Of a stretch of DNA of 64,000 bases, positions 63,231 through 64,000 are shown piece by piece. Under the pieces are notes generated by a model, which did no database searches, was not told where the DNA came from, and worked only from the letters and a program-made list of their open reading frames with translations. The stretch is from positions 13,466,464 through 13,530,463 of the forward strand of contig NC_043011.1 of assembly GCF_006345805.1 (NCBI RefSeq). The letters are read 5' to 3'. The position numbers and the translations under genes were made by a program. The DNA comes from Octopus sinensis (lineage: Eukaryota). Every line of letters starts with the position of its first letter. Position 1 is the stretch's first letter.

Positions 63231-63674
63231 ATGTGTGTATATATATATAGATATATATTATCCGAATTTTATAGTATTAAGTGTCCATCACAGTTGGTCT
63301 TACTAATCAGTTTTGCGCAAAAAATACAATGGAGTGTTAGGCAACAAGCCAATTATATAAATACGCTCATCAGAGGTAGCCGACATGGAAGGGAATATGG
63401 TGGCTACTCTCTACTGGTGGAGGTGGATTAGCACAACCGGTCGGCGTCTGCTGTAAAAAGGTGGTGAAATGAAAAAGTTCCAAAGCATTCTGCTAAGTTA
63501 GGTATGTTGTGGAGACGGTGAAATTCATCTTGAAGTGGGGAAAGTTTGTATTAATAATGTGGTTTCTCTGCGGGACGGGGTGTGTGGTGTGTGTAGCGGT
63601 GTTATATATATAAAGTTTTCGGGGGGTGTCATATATATTAAATTTTCTAAGGGTGTAGATATATATATATATAT

Positions 63675-64000
63675 TGTTACGCCGCCGCTCATTCAACTCA
63701 GGACCCTAAGACCCCAGGCCTTCCGGGTCGATAACGGGCCCTAAGCCGCGACGACGCTCAGTGCTCAGTCAAACGGAAGTCCACCACAGAAAGCGGAGTA
63801 AAAGCGGCGAACGCAAGTCAGTAACCGAGACAACAACAACAAAGGTGAGAGACAGTGGAGTACTTTAACAATTTATAACTTCACAAAATCAATCAAAACA
63901 TTTCAAAACAAAAGCATTTAACTACAAGGTTAACAAACATTTAACAGATCGTACACAGAGTTTAAATAAAGAACAATCAATGGCATTTAGCAAAATACAA
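63675..64000. mobile_element. Possible LTR-like element start, truncated by the window edge
   Basis: Abrupt TGTTAC start after (TA)n followed by GC-richer non-repetitive sequence; the other end is not visible. Confidence 0.25.

Overview
AT-rich, repeat-dense animal genomic DNA, most likely an octopus. That assignment is an inference from the SINE, RTE-tail and MITE families and the microsatellite load. One host gene is present: a multi-exon pyruvate kinase-like gene on the minus strand. Eight coding exons between 32576 and 1855 splice in frame with GT-AG boundaries into 375 aa; the C-terminal exons lie beyond the left edge. The frame and exon structure are intact, but the protein has lost several normally invariant active-site residues (RLNFSHG->[13 protein letters not shown]->DIAGPE, GSKKG->GNRQT, ARGD->SRGN, ATQ->ASQ), which suggests a maintained pseudo-enzyme or repurposed paralogue. 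The introns and the apparently gene-free 33-64 kb region are layered with transposons: tRNA-SINEs, RTE, CRE, R4/Dong, CR1 and Tx1 LINE relics, Helitrons, MITEs, long foldbacks, a near-intact mariner, a solo LTR and a young RT-less Ty3/Gypsy element. Several hammerhead-ribozyme-like motifs occur, including a tandem with extra hairpins inserted in the core. A 34-bp minisatellite forms about 20 decoy 3' splice sites just upstream of a PK exon. All coordinates were read by eye; TE boundaries are approximate unless a TSD or TIR is cited.
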